DNA of 64,000 nt from Mobula hypostoma. Lineage: Eukaryota. The stretch is from assembly GCF_963921235.1 (NCBI RefSeq), contig NC_086097.1:209872001-209936000 (forward strand), given 5' to 3'. This document shows positions 27,290-39,035 of the stretch, piece after piece. The notes under the pieces are model-generated. The model ran no database searches. It was not told the DNA's origin and saw only the letters and a program-made list of their open reading frames with translations. The number at the start of each line of letters is the position of its first letter. Position 1 is the stretch's first letter. Made by a program: the position numbers and the translations under genes.

Positions 27290-29210
27290 CATCTTATACA
27301 AGTTCAACATAACATCCCAACTCCTATCATTTAATTTATGAAGGCCAATGTGCCAAAAGCTCTCTTTACAATCCTATCTGCACATGACACCACTTTCAAG
27401 GAATTATGGATCTGTATTCCTAGATCGCTCTCTCTGTTCTACCATATTCCTCAGAGCCCTACTGCTCAACATCCAAGTTTTACCCTGGTTTCTCCACCCA
27501 AAATGCAACACCTCACACTTGTCTGCATTAAATTTCATCTGCTATTTTTCAGCCCACTATTCCAGCCAGTTTGGATCCCACTGCAGCCTTCCTCGTTGCC
27601 CATTGTAACCCCCTCACCGGGCTCGTACGTAACCTTGGCTCGTTAACCAGCTCAGCTAACAGCCACGGAACTCAGCAGTGCAAAGGCCACCCTTCATAAA
27701 CAATACATGTCTAGGGTCAGTATGATTTGTTGTTCAACCAAACAGGAACATTGTGATGTTCAGACTAAAGAAAACTCGGAACTGAGTAAACCTTGTGTAA
27801 ATACTGTCCATGCACAATTGTCGGTCAGCAAGAAATAACAAATCGTACACCACATAAAATTATAAAGCAAGTATATTTACAAAGTTCAGCTTTATTGAAC
27901 AGTTAGTAGGAGAAAGAAAAGGGCCCTTTACAGTTAAACCGGTCCAAGTTTGCACACAACTTTGGAGCTCATCCTGGAGTTGTCTTTTTACTCACGTGCT
28001 GGACCCACAGTCTGTGTGAAATCACACTCCACATTAAAAACTTCGCTCGAAATCCATCTTGAACAAACGGGCTCTCACCAGGTGGTATTTGTCCTTCCTC
28101 CTTGGAGCCATTCATCTGCACCAAGCACCTTGTGTTACAGAGACGGCATCCTCAGACATCTCCCCTCCTGTCCTCTCACAGCTCCCGGCAAAAGAGACCC
28201 CCTGAGCCAGACTACTGTCGTTCAGAAAACTCCTCCCCACAATCCTGATTGGCTGACTCACATTCCTGAGTTGGACAACGCGTCCTTATCTTAGCCAAAG
28301 CTAAAACACAGGCTTAAATACATAGACCGCTTGATCAACTCTAAAACAGCAGTTTCACAGCATCCAGGGAACCCCAGATGATGTCTCCCTCACTGGGCTC
28401 GTATGCAAACTTGGCTCGCTAGCCGGCTCTGCTAGCAGCCCCGGGACGCAGGAGTGAGAAGGCTACCTTTTGTAAATAATACACATGTAGGGTTGGTATG
28501 ATTTGGGATTCAATCAAACAGAAACATCATGATATTCTGATTAAAGGAACCATGATTTGAGTGAATGCTGCATAAATACTGCCCATGCACCACATAAAAT
28601 TATAAAGAAAGTATATTTACTAATCAGCTTTATCAAACATTTATTAGGAAAAAGAAAAGGAAAAAAAATAAACAGGCCCATTACAGTTAAACCAGGCTAA
28701 AGGTACACAAAGGTGAAATTTATCCTGGAGTTGTCTTTTTACTCATGTGCTGGACCCACAGTCTGCATGAAAGCACACACCACATTCCAAACTTCACTTG
28801 AAATCCATCTCGAACAAACAGATTCTCTCTCTCGGGAGTATTGGCCTTTCCTCCTTGGAGCCATTCATCAGTACAAAGCACTTTGTGCAACAGGGACACT
28901 CCTTCCCATGGCATCCTCAGCTATCTTCCCTCCTGTCCTCTCCACAAAAAGACCTGTGAACCATACTGTCCATCACCAAAACTCTCTCCAGAACTTTCTC
29001 TCAATTCCACTATCCCGATTGGCTGACACAACACCCCTACGTGGAACAGCAGGGCTCTTATCCCTATCCAAAACCAAAACATTTTACCAGCAGGACACTC
29101 TGCTTTTGCAGAAAACTGCTGAAATGAAATACCTACAGCATAACAGCATGAATCTTACACCACTATGCCCGCAATCTTGGTGTCATCTACAAATCTGCTG
29201 ATCCTGTTCA
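27290..29210 (-). mobile_element. CR1 RT fragment split by an LTR insertion
   Basis: 27290-27603 and 29160-29210 join into a contiguous CR1 antisense sequence (ccttcctcgttgccca|ctatgcccgcaatcttggtgtcatct). Confidence 0.75.
27604..29159. mobile_element. Tandem pair of diverged LTR-like units (TG...CA)
   Basis: Begins TGTAAC at 27604 and ends TTACA at 29159; flanks are ccat / ccac. Unit 1 ~27604-28340 and unit 2 ~28381-29159 share collinear blocks such as cctggagttgtctttttactca.gtgctggacccacagtctg. Confidence 0.75.
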
Positions 29211-30576
29211 AAGTTCAAAGTAAATTTAATATCAAAGTAGATATATGTCACCATATACTATCCTGAGATTCATTTTCTTGTGGGCATTCACAGTAAACAC
29301 AACACAGAAGGGGACTGTAAATGAACAGGTCATTTGGTCCACAATGTTGTACCCAACCAATTAAATTAGTAATCAAATGGCAAACTAAACAAATCTCTTT
29401 TGCATCTATTTTACTCACATTCATGTGCCTTTCTAAATGTCTCTTAAAAGTTAATAGTATTTCTGCCCCTATCCCCGCCCCCAGGCAATGCATTCGAGGC
29501 ACCCACCGCTCTTTGTGTAAAAACATGCCCTCACATCTCCTTTGAAATTACCCCTTTTCACCTTAAATGCATGCAGTCTGGTATTAGATATTTCAACCCT
29601 GGGAAAAAGATATTGTCTATGTACTTTATTTATGATATTCATAATCTTATAAACCTCTTATCAGGTTTAAACTGAGGTAACATATAACCTCTATGCAGTA
29701 AATTGCCACTGCTATTTCTGCACTAGCATCTGCCAAAGTCCGAGAGGACATTTTGTTGGGCCTTAGGGATTTATCCACCTTAATTTGGCTCAAGACAGCA
29801 AACACCTCCTCCGCACTGCTGGTTTGCCTCAGTTCTGTAAGTTGTCTTCTGAGTAAACACAGATGCAAAAATTCATCAAGATCTCCCCCATCTCTTTCAT
29901 CTACATGCATACTGTAGATGACCACACTAATCTTCAAGAGAACCAATTTTCTCCCTTGAAATCTTTGCTCTTAATATACAGTATCAGTAGAAATTTTGGG
30001 ATTCTCCTTCACTTTGTCTGCTAGAGCAACCTTACGTGCTCCAGCACGTGCTCCTGGTCTCCTTCTTAGTGTTCTCTTCCATTTCTCACACTCCTCAAGT
30101 GCTTCAGTTGTTCCTATCTGCCATGCAGCTCCTTCATCTTAACCAGGGCCTCAATATTCCTCCAGAACCAAATTTCCCTAAATCTGTTATCCTTGCCTTT
30201 TATTCTGACAGGAATAGACAAATGTACTTTCAGAATTTCACTTTTGAACGCCTCCCACTTACCAAGCACGGCTTTCAGAAAACAACCTGTCTCAATCCAC
30301 ACCTACCAGATCTTTTCTGACTTTTAGCCTGTCTCCAATTTACAATCCCAACCCGAGGACCAGACTGATCCTTCTCCATAATTATCTTGACACTAATGGC
30401 ATTGTGATCACTAGATGCAAAGTCTTCTGCTACACACACTTCTGTCATCTGCCTTGTCTCATTCCCTAATAGGTGGTCCAATATTGCACTCTCTCTAGTT
30501 GAGAAAAATTTCCTGAACACATTTGATAAACTCTATCCCATCCAGCCATTTTACGGCATATGAGTTTCAGTCAATA

Positions 30577-32440
30577 TAGTGGTGATAGAATGTTTGTGAA
30601 CCACAGGAACATAGAAACATAGAAAACATACAGCACAATGCAGGCCCTTCGGCCCACAAAGCTGTGCCGAACATATCCCTACCTTAGAACTACCTAGACT
30701 TTACCCGTAGCCCTCTATTTTTCTAAGCTCCATGTACTCATCCAGGAGTCTCTTAAAAGACCCTATCGTTTCCACCTCCACCACCGCCGGCAGCCCATTC
30801 CATGCACTCACCACTCTCTGTGTAAAAAACTTACCCCGGACATCTCTTCTGTACCTACTTCCAAGAATTTTCTCTATTTCTGCATAAATATGACCTGAAA
30901 TGTGATCAGTTCTCCAAGACCTAAAACTAGATAAAGATAACCCAATTAAATAAATGACACAAAAAACATTATGCTTATTCATGTATTTATTTATTGAGAA
31001 AAATGATCTAATATTACATGTATTTTTGGGGAAAAGTATGAGAACCTTTGGTTTCAGTAACTGGTGTGACCCCCTTGTACAGTGATAACTTCAACCAAAT
31101 GTTTCTGGTAACTGTTGATCAGTCCTGTACATCGGCTTGGAGGAATTATAGGCCATTCCTCCTGACAAAACTGCTTCAACTCTGGAATGTTGATGGCTTC
31201 CTTGCATGAAATGCTTGCTTCAGGTCTTTCCACAATATTCTATGGGATTAAGGTCAGGACTTTGACTCAGCCTTTCCAAAACATGAATTATCTTCTTTTT
31301 AAATCATTCTGTTGTTGACTTATTCTTGTCTTTCAGATCATTGTCTTGTTGCATTATCCAATTTCTATAATGATTCAGGTGACAGACTGCAACCCTGACA
31401 TTCTCCTGTAAAATGTCTTGATACAATTTTGAATTCATTGTTCTCTCAATGATTGTAAGCTGTCCAGACCCTGAGGCTGCAAAACAGCCCCAAACCATGA
31501 TGCTCCTTCCATAATGTTTTGCAGTTGGGATGAGGCTTTGATGTTGATCTGCAGTGCACTTTTTCCTCCAAACATGGTGGTGTGCATTTCTGCCAAGAAG
31601 TTCAACTTTTGTCTCATCTGTCCACAGAATATTGTCCCAGGAGTGTTGTAGAACATCCAGGTGGTCTTAGCAAACTTGAGATGTTCAGCAATTTTTGTTT
31701 TTTGGAGAGCAATGGTTTCCTCCATGGTGCCCTTCCACGAACACCATTCTTGTTCGGTGTTTTTCTTATAGTGGATACACGAACAGAGACTTTAGCAAGT
31801 TCTAGAGATTTTCTGCAGGTCTTTTGCTCTTATCCTTGGGTTCTTTTTCACCTCCTTCAGCATTGCACATTGTGCTCTTGGTGTGATCTCTGCAGGATGC
31901 CCATTCCTAGGGAGAGTAGCAACAGCACTGAGTTTCCTCCATTTGTAGACTATTTCTCTTACTGCAGACCGATGAACACTCAGGTCTTTAGAAATGCTTT
32001 TGTAGCCTTTTCCAGCTTCATGCATCTCTACAATTCTAAGATCCTCTGAAAGTTGTTTTGATCAAGGCATGGTGCACATAAACAATTCTTTCTTGAGAAG
32101 AGCAGGCTCCATCAGTAACCTGACTTTGCGTGTCTTTTTTATACCACTGGGAACCTCTCTGACCCACACGTCCAATCTCATCTCATTGATTGCAGCACTT
32201 GACCAAATAGCTTTTGTAGAAGGCACTATCCCAGGGATTCACATACTTACTCCAACAAATACATGTAATATTAGATCATTTTTCTCAATAAATAAATGAA
32301 CAATATAAGGTTTTTTGTGTTATTTATTTGATTCGGTTATATTTATCTAGTTTTAGGACTTGCGTGAATATCCGATTACATTTTAGGTCGTATTTATGTA
32401 AAAAAAGAGAAAACTCTTCACAAACTTTCTCGCACCACTG
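30577..32440 (-). mobile_element. Near full-length Tc1 transposon with ~200-bp TIRs; transposase pseudogene
   Basis: Termini ta|tagtggtgatagaatgtttgtgaa and ttcacaaactttctcgcaccactg. Long inverted repeats ~30866-31050 and ~32235-32415. Peptides HEAGKGYKSISK..REIVYKWRK, MVWGCFAASG and WIMQQDND lie in broken frames. Confidence 0.92.
30606..30865 (-). mobile_element. CR1 3' tail inserted into the Tc1 left TIR
   Basis: aacatagaaacatagaaa tail; RYRRDVRGKFFTQRVVSAWNGLP peptide on minus. Confidence 0.88.
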
Positions 32441-33477
32441 CATGTGGAAAGTTAAAATCACCTACTATCACAACCTTATGATTCTTACAACCGTCTGTGA
32501 TCTCTCTACAAATTTGTTCCCCTAAATTCCACTGACTAGAATATAATTCCATTAACATAGTCATCCCTTTCTTATTCCTCAGTTCCATCCATTCAGTTTC
32601 ACTAGATGAGTTCTCCAGTCTGTCCCAACTGAGCACTGCCATGACCTTTCCCCTGACTCGTAATGCCACCCTCCCACTTTAATCCTTCCACCTCTATCAT
32701 GTCTAAAAGAAAATCGTACCCCAGAACATTCAACTGCCAGTCCTACCTCTCCTGCAACCAAGTCTCACTAATGGCTACATTGTCATAATTCCACGTGCTG
32801 ACCAATGCTTTCAGCTTATCCACTGTATATTTATTCCACTTTCCTTTTCATTGAAAAACATGCGACTTGGAACATTATCAGCCTTTCAATTCTTGTCTTT
32901 GTATGCAGGGTTAACGTCGTTGCCCACAACCACTTCGCTATCTGCCCTGGCGCTCTGGTTACCATATGACCGCAGCCCTAGTTTAAACCAATCCCGGTGC
33001 AACAGTTACAAACATTACTGCAAGGATATTAGTTCCTCTCCTACTCAGGTGTATTTATAAAGAATAAAAGTAATTAGTGATGTATTTCCTCAGCTGAATA
33101 AATAAATATTGCCAGTAAACAGAAGCTTAGTCTATCGATCCTTGTTTTTGAAGACTGACTCTGCAATTCTTTAAAGGTTATTACAAAACGTAGCAAGGTT
33201 GGATTTGCAACTGATGAGCTGAAAACTCTTATATATGAAGACTTGAAAATTGAGAGTTGAGAATCGAGTATTGGGATCAACTCCTGGTTCCAAAACACTT
33301 GTGTATCGCCTGCCATATTTAGAAGTTTGATGACAAAGGCAGTATTGGTGCTTGCAGTGATCCAAGCTGGCACTGTAAATATACAGCAGGAATGTCCAGA
33401 CTACAGTGAACATAAAGATGAGGGGTGTGCAGAGAAAGGTTTACACAGAGGTGAAATAACCTAAGAATTACACAGAT

Positions 33478-33870
33478 TAACACACACAAAATGCCAGAGT
33501 AACTCAGCAGGTCAGACAGCATCCATGGAGAGGAATAAAGAGTCAACATTTTGGGCTGAGACCCTTCATCAGGACTGAAAAGGAAAGGGGAGGAAGCCAG
33601 AATAAGGTCAGGGAAGGAGAGGAGTAGGTGATGGGTGAAGCCAGGTGAGGGGGAAGATAGGTGGGTGGGGGGGGGAATGAAGTAAGAAGCTGGGAGGTGA
33701 TAGGTGGAAATGGTAAAGAGTTGAAGAAGAAGGAATCTGATAGGAGAGTGGAGCATGGGATGGAAGGAAGAGGGACATCAGAGGCAGATGAAGAGAAGGG
33801 ATAAGAGGGGAGCCAGAAGTACATAGGGTTGGGGGGAGTGGGAGACTTGGGGGAAAAGGGTTATACAAGG
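33478..33870 (-). mobile_element. Penelope-like 3' end: pyrimidine tract, hammerhead-like motif and tail
   Basis: Minus strand cagtcCTGATGAagggtctcagcccAAAAtgttgact at 33541-33577; same layout as 13435-13850. Confidence 0.85.
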
Positions 33871-34519
33871 AGCAGTGGAGCAGAGGGTTGTTTAGAATTT
33901 TAGGGGAATGAGATAGACGAAGAAAGGTTGGCAGCTAATAGAATACAGGGGGAGAGGAGTGCTGATGTCAATAAACCATGAATAGCAGGTAGATCATGAA
34001 TACTCTATGGGTGGGTGTAGCTGAGCTCATTGCCAGCAAGATGGAGAAGAATAGTCAATAAAAAAACATGCTTTCTAATTCCTTTCCTAAACCTCACCAT
34101 GTCTCTTTATTATGTTCTTTTTCCTTTGAGTGACCAGCTTCAAATCAAGCCTTTGGCCAGCTATATTCCTAGATCTTATGGGACTCTGTTCGGTAACACC
34201 ACTGTGAAACACCTTTGCTAAGTTGAGATCCTACTTAAGAACAGGACCTGATCCTTGTGTTTAGGAAAGAGCAGCTCCTCTTGGAACCATCATCTTTCAT
34301 CAATAAACAAAAAGCTGTCAGGGATTTCAGAGTAAAATGAGAAGACATTTAGAATCAGAAATTATAATCAATGCATTGTTTATTTTCACAGCTTTCCTTT
34401 TCCATGGCAATTTGATATGAAAATATAGAACATGGAACAGGACATTCAGCCCACAATATCATGCAATCTTCATTCCCTCTTGGGTGCCTTTCCTTTGTAA
34501 AATTTGTTTTTTTTTACGA

Positions 34520-35310
34520 TCCAAAGACAATCCTACTTCAAGAGCATTGGCTACTGCAGTACGACTCCTTAAGTGTGCTGCTCATTAACTGAAGCAGCTG
34601 GACTGGTGTCAGCAGTGGAGCCGGTCAAAGTGTCGAGGGGGCCAGCCAGGATATCGGAGGAGCTCGCCAGTGCGTCAGAGGAGCCAGTTTGGGTGAAAAA
34701 AAAGGAACTGACCTGCGTGCAGATTGTGTTGCTGCCCACTACTTAGTAACATCAAAGTTGGTGCAGTATAACCGTGTGACATTGTCTCAGATATTTCACT
34801 TGAGATTGCAAGACTGTTGGACAGTGATACTGTAAGTTCCCACAGGCCTGTTACCTTAGTCTGGTGGAGGGACAGATAACATGGGAGCTGTGTAACCTCA
34901 GTTGTAGCGAGGTTTAGGCCTCAAACCTTGGGCTCGCCTGTTGCTACAAACCAGGTGAGAAACCCAGAAGCGTTTACAGCAGGGCGTCTGAGCTCAGATG
35001 GGGCCTGGCCTTTCCTGTTGGTGCTGCCCTCCCATGCTCCAGCAGTGGAACGACAGGCTGGATTGCGTGCGTCTGTACACTGCTGGGAAATTGTACCATT
35101 GATTGCTCTCATTGCCACTCAGGGTCTTGGCTATATATGTATTTTTTTTACGAGTTATTATGCTTGCTCTTTTGAATTATGTTACTCACTGTTTTTGAAT
35201 GTTTGCTTGCTATTTGGGGTGTTTTGCATCTTGGCCCCAGAGGAACACTCTCTTGTTCAGCTGTATCTCTGTATGGTTTGAATGATAATTAAACTTGATT
35301 TGATTTGCAT
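34520..35310 (+). repeat. Unclassified GC-richer interspersed repeat with a (TTTGA)n-type 3' tail
   Basis: Ends taaacttgatttgatttg, like LINE-mobilised tails elsewhere in the window; no recognisable protein. Confidence 0.4.
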
Positions 35311-35510
35311 TCCACATGTATTAGTCAAACTGGAACTTCAGCACTGAGCAGTACAGGCTTGGAAAGCCTGGAATTTCCATTGTTTACACTGCTAACCACA
35401 ATTCCTGTCAGCCAAACTCAACCCTTTGGTGTTTAATGAGAAAATACTACTCAATGTTGATAATCTATTGAAAACATTTTCTAAACATTGCCTTCCAAGT
35501 TCTGATACAA

Positions 35511-35720
35511 ACAACAGGAACTCTGCAGATGCTGGAAATTCAAGCAACACACATGAAAGTTGCTGGTGAACGCAGAAGCCCAGGCAGCATCTCTAGGAAG
35601 AGGTGCAGTCGACGTTTCAGGCCAAGACCCTTCATCCTGACGAAGGGTCTCGGCCTGAAACGTCGACTGCACCTCTTCCTAGAGATGCTGCCTGGCCTGC
35701 TGCGTTCACCAGCAACTTTT
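35511..35720. mobile_element. Young Penelope-like insertion made of two head-to-head copies (fold-back)
   Basis: 14-bp TSD aagttctgatacaa at 35497-35510 and 35721-35734. Inverted arms 35556-35633 and 35642-35719; hammerhead core on plus at 35637-35664. Confidence 0.9.
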
Positions 35721-35974
35721 AAGTTCTGATACAAGTTTTAATTCTGGTCTTGCAATGCAATTGTCACAAGATTTGAAGATGGTTTACTTATATTTGTAAC
35801 TAAAAGTTGATATAAAAGCATAAGAATGGAAAATGTCAGGAACTAGTGATACAGTGCAGTCACTATTAAATAAAGATAAGCTGGTGTCTGCAAGTTGGAA
35901 GAACAACACAATTTAGGAGAAAAACTGTAAGTCCATGTACCCAACATGTAGTGAGGTTTTAATTCCATAGTATA

Positions 35975-36580
35975 TGGATGTGGACTTGAGAAAAAAAGCT
36001 TGTGTTTTCTCCAGACATTGCGGCTACAACACTCTGGCCAGACATGGTCCTGTGGTCCACAACAGCCAAGCTGGCATATGCTGTGGAATTGACAGTACCA
36101 TGGGAAGATGGTGTCGAAGAAGCTTATGAGAGGAAAAAGACCAAGTACTCTGAACTGGCAACTGAAGCTGCCCAGAATGCCTGGAAGACCAAGATTTTCC
36201 CTGTAGAAGTGGAATGCAGGGGATTCTTTGCTACATCTATGACCAGTCTATTGAAGATGATGGGGGTGAGGGGTCACTCCCTCCAACAAGCAATCAAGTC
36301 CTTGTCAAATGCAGCAGAAGAAAGCAGCAACTGGATTTGGATTAAAAGGAAAGACAACAACTGGGCTGCAAGATGAAGACAGGAGGTTATGGAATTGAGG
36401 GGGGTGTATCTGGGATGCCAGGTAGCACCGTTGAGCCCTCTGGAGACGTCGTGGGCTTATCAACGAAATGTCAAAGAAGGAGGGTGCCCACCTGATGACC
36501 CCGATGACGTACCTACCCTCCTTGTCACCATTCCAAGCCCACTGCCAACATCGAGAGTGCCGACTTACCATAGGGATTGA
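35975..36580 (+). mobile_element. HERO-like (restriction-like endonuclease) non-LTR retrotransposon 3' end
   Basis: ORF 36002..36376 contains PDMVLWS...VELTVPWE..VEEAYERKKTKYSEL...FPVEVECRGF, the RLE PD..(D/E) domain, followed by a 3' UTR. Confidence 0.85.
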
Positions 36581-38229
36581 AACATCAAGTCCTAGTAGCT
36601 CTACTATATATTCTGTTCCAAATAAACTCCCAGCTTCAAAATCAGTTGGATGGAGAGTTGCAGATGATTCCTAATCTGATAGATAGCGTACCAGAGCAGA
36701 TTACAAGACATGATGGGGCTGAAACACAGCCCTTGCTGGGGCGGCTGGTTGTGGGGAGGGAGTGCTGTGTCTAATTCCTGACCTCAGTAAGTTTTGTATG
36801 ATGTCTCTGCAAATGGACTGGAGTTTGCAGGACTGGAGGGAAATATTTCTAATTTTTCCAGAGCCCCCCCACCACCACCTCCCATCTCATAGGAGAGTTC
36901 TAAACAGACTGACATCAGACCTTGTATTTAAATTACCTGGCTGCATCAGGGTTTACAAATATCAACCTCAGACCCGAAGCCAAAACATCCAGAACTTTTC
37001 TGTTTTCAAATCTAAACAAATATATTCACTAAATATTGCTCAATAATTTTGCGGGTTAAAAACTTCATCAGTTTATGCCAACGGACCTCCCACATGCCCC
37101 TTGTATTTTAGGATTCCTGAGGTTCTACAACAGCATCATTTAAGAATAGCAGCAGTAATTAAAACTACACCCAAATTCACACCTCAGTTCTGTCAAAATA
37201 CATGATAGATCTTCAGATAAGTCTATTACGGTCCGGCAAGTGGATAAAATTAAGATATAGATCGACCACCATCTGATTGAATAGCTGAACAAGCTGAAGG
37301 GGCTAATTCATCAACTCATGTTCTCATGTTCCATGTTGTTTTAATATTAATTTCCCTCAGTTGAATTATCAGAACATGTAACTTAAGATGTTAGGGTTAT
37401 GCTACAAGCAGCAAAGGGCGGGAATGTACACTGACAGCATTTATTCACAGCAATGTTTCCTCTGGGATGAATTAAAATGGATTTGTATTGGGAGTAAAGT
37501 GATGAAGGCCATGAATTATGTTTTTATTGTTTTAACACACTGCTGGCCGAAAATATTCATTCCTGTAAAAATCTGGTCAATTGCTCATTTCTAATCAACT
37601 TCTTAAAAGTCCAATCAACCAGACTATAAAATGCATGGTCTAAATGTTAATGTACATGGATTATTAAACAATTTAGAGTTTTAAAAACAAAATTTAAATC
37701 CAAGAAGCCTTCACCATGCTTAAGGGATACAGAAAAGACCCTTATGACCTGTTTTATTCTTCAGCTTTGTGTACTTTTCTGATCCTGGTTGTACACTGTC
37801 GTTATGTGGTGATGATTTCATCCTTTAATGCTTCTCATTCTTCCCCAAATCCTGCAAGATTGTGGAAATATTTCAGCTCTCTTGATCTTTCTTACCTTCT
37901 GCATTCTACGAAAGATAACTTTTCTATCAAATAGCCATTTCTTGCAACCTGTATTTTCTCTTGCTGTCTGGTTTTGATGAGGCCAAGCACCCAAAAGTTT
38001 GCTAGACATTGAAATAATTAAGAAAAATGGTGACTGTGATTTGAATATGATTCAAATTTCTCATTTCAGAATTCAACAAATTATATTTTGCTTCATAAAT
38101 TATTGTGAATCTGGGATATCTGGACATGGAGAATAACTTGAGTAGTGGCTGAGCTCAATATTTGCATATTTGCCTATTTGCCAAGAAATTCAGTTAACAC
38201 AAATTTGGGGAGGTATAATCTAATAAATT

Positions 38230-39035
38230 TAAATGTCAGAGATAGTTCTTTTTTATGCTGAGCGATAAGCGTGTAACTGCCTGGGGGTGGTTGTAGAGGC
38301 AGATAAGTTAGGGGCATTTAAGAGGCTCTTTGGTGGGAACATGGATGAAAGAAAAAATGAGGGTTTTGCAGGAGGGAACGGTGAGATTGATCTTGGGGCA
38401 AATTAAAAGGCTAGTAAAACACGAGTTGAATGGCCTGTACTGTGCTGTACTCATAAGAACATAAGAAATAGGAACAGGAGTAGGCCATCCGGCCCATCGA
38501 GCCTGCCCTGCCATTCAATAAGATCATGGCTGATCTGTCCGTAAACACAGCTCCATGTACCTGCCTTTTCTCCATAACCCTTAATTCCCTTACTATGTAA
38601 AAATCTATCTAACTGTTTCTTAAATATATTTAGTGAAGTAGCCTCAACTGCTTCCCTGGGCAGAGAATTCCACAGATTCACCACTCTCTGGGAAAAATAG
38701 TTTCTCCTCATGTTCGTCCTAAATCTTCTCCCCTGAATCTTGAGGCAATGTCCCCTAGTTCTAGTCTCACCTACCAATGGAAACAACTTTCCTACTTCTA
38801 TCTTATCTATCCCTTTCAAAATTTTGTATGTTTCTATAAGATTCCCTTTCATTCTTCTGAACTCCAGAGAGTATAGTCCCAGGCAACTCAATCTACTCTA
38901 TAAGTGTCAGGAAATGAAAGGAAATAGATATTGTTTAGGGAAGGGATTAGATTAGTTGGAAAATTGATTACTAATTTAACAGTTAAACACAACATTGTGG
39001 GCCTAAGTGTCTGCTCCTGTTCAATATTTATGTTC
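38230..39035. mobile_element. Cluster of CR1 3' ends: old plus-strand tails flanking a younger minus-strand copy at 38453-38897
   Basis: ORF 38451..38891 LGLYSLEFRRMKGNLIETYKIL...FSQRVVNLWNSLP; tail cataagaacataagaaata. Confidence 0.85.

Larger units (their letters stand above)
29690..32850 (-). mobile_element. CR1 ORF2 endonuclease/tether fragment interrupted by Tc1
   Basis: Peptides VVIVGDFNFP (32418..32669) and TRESAILDHLLGNE..SSDHNAI (30275..30520) are contiguous once 30577-32440 is removed. Confidence 0.85.
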
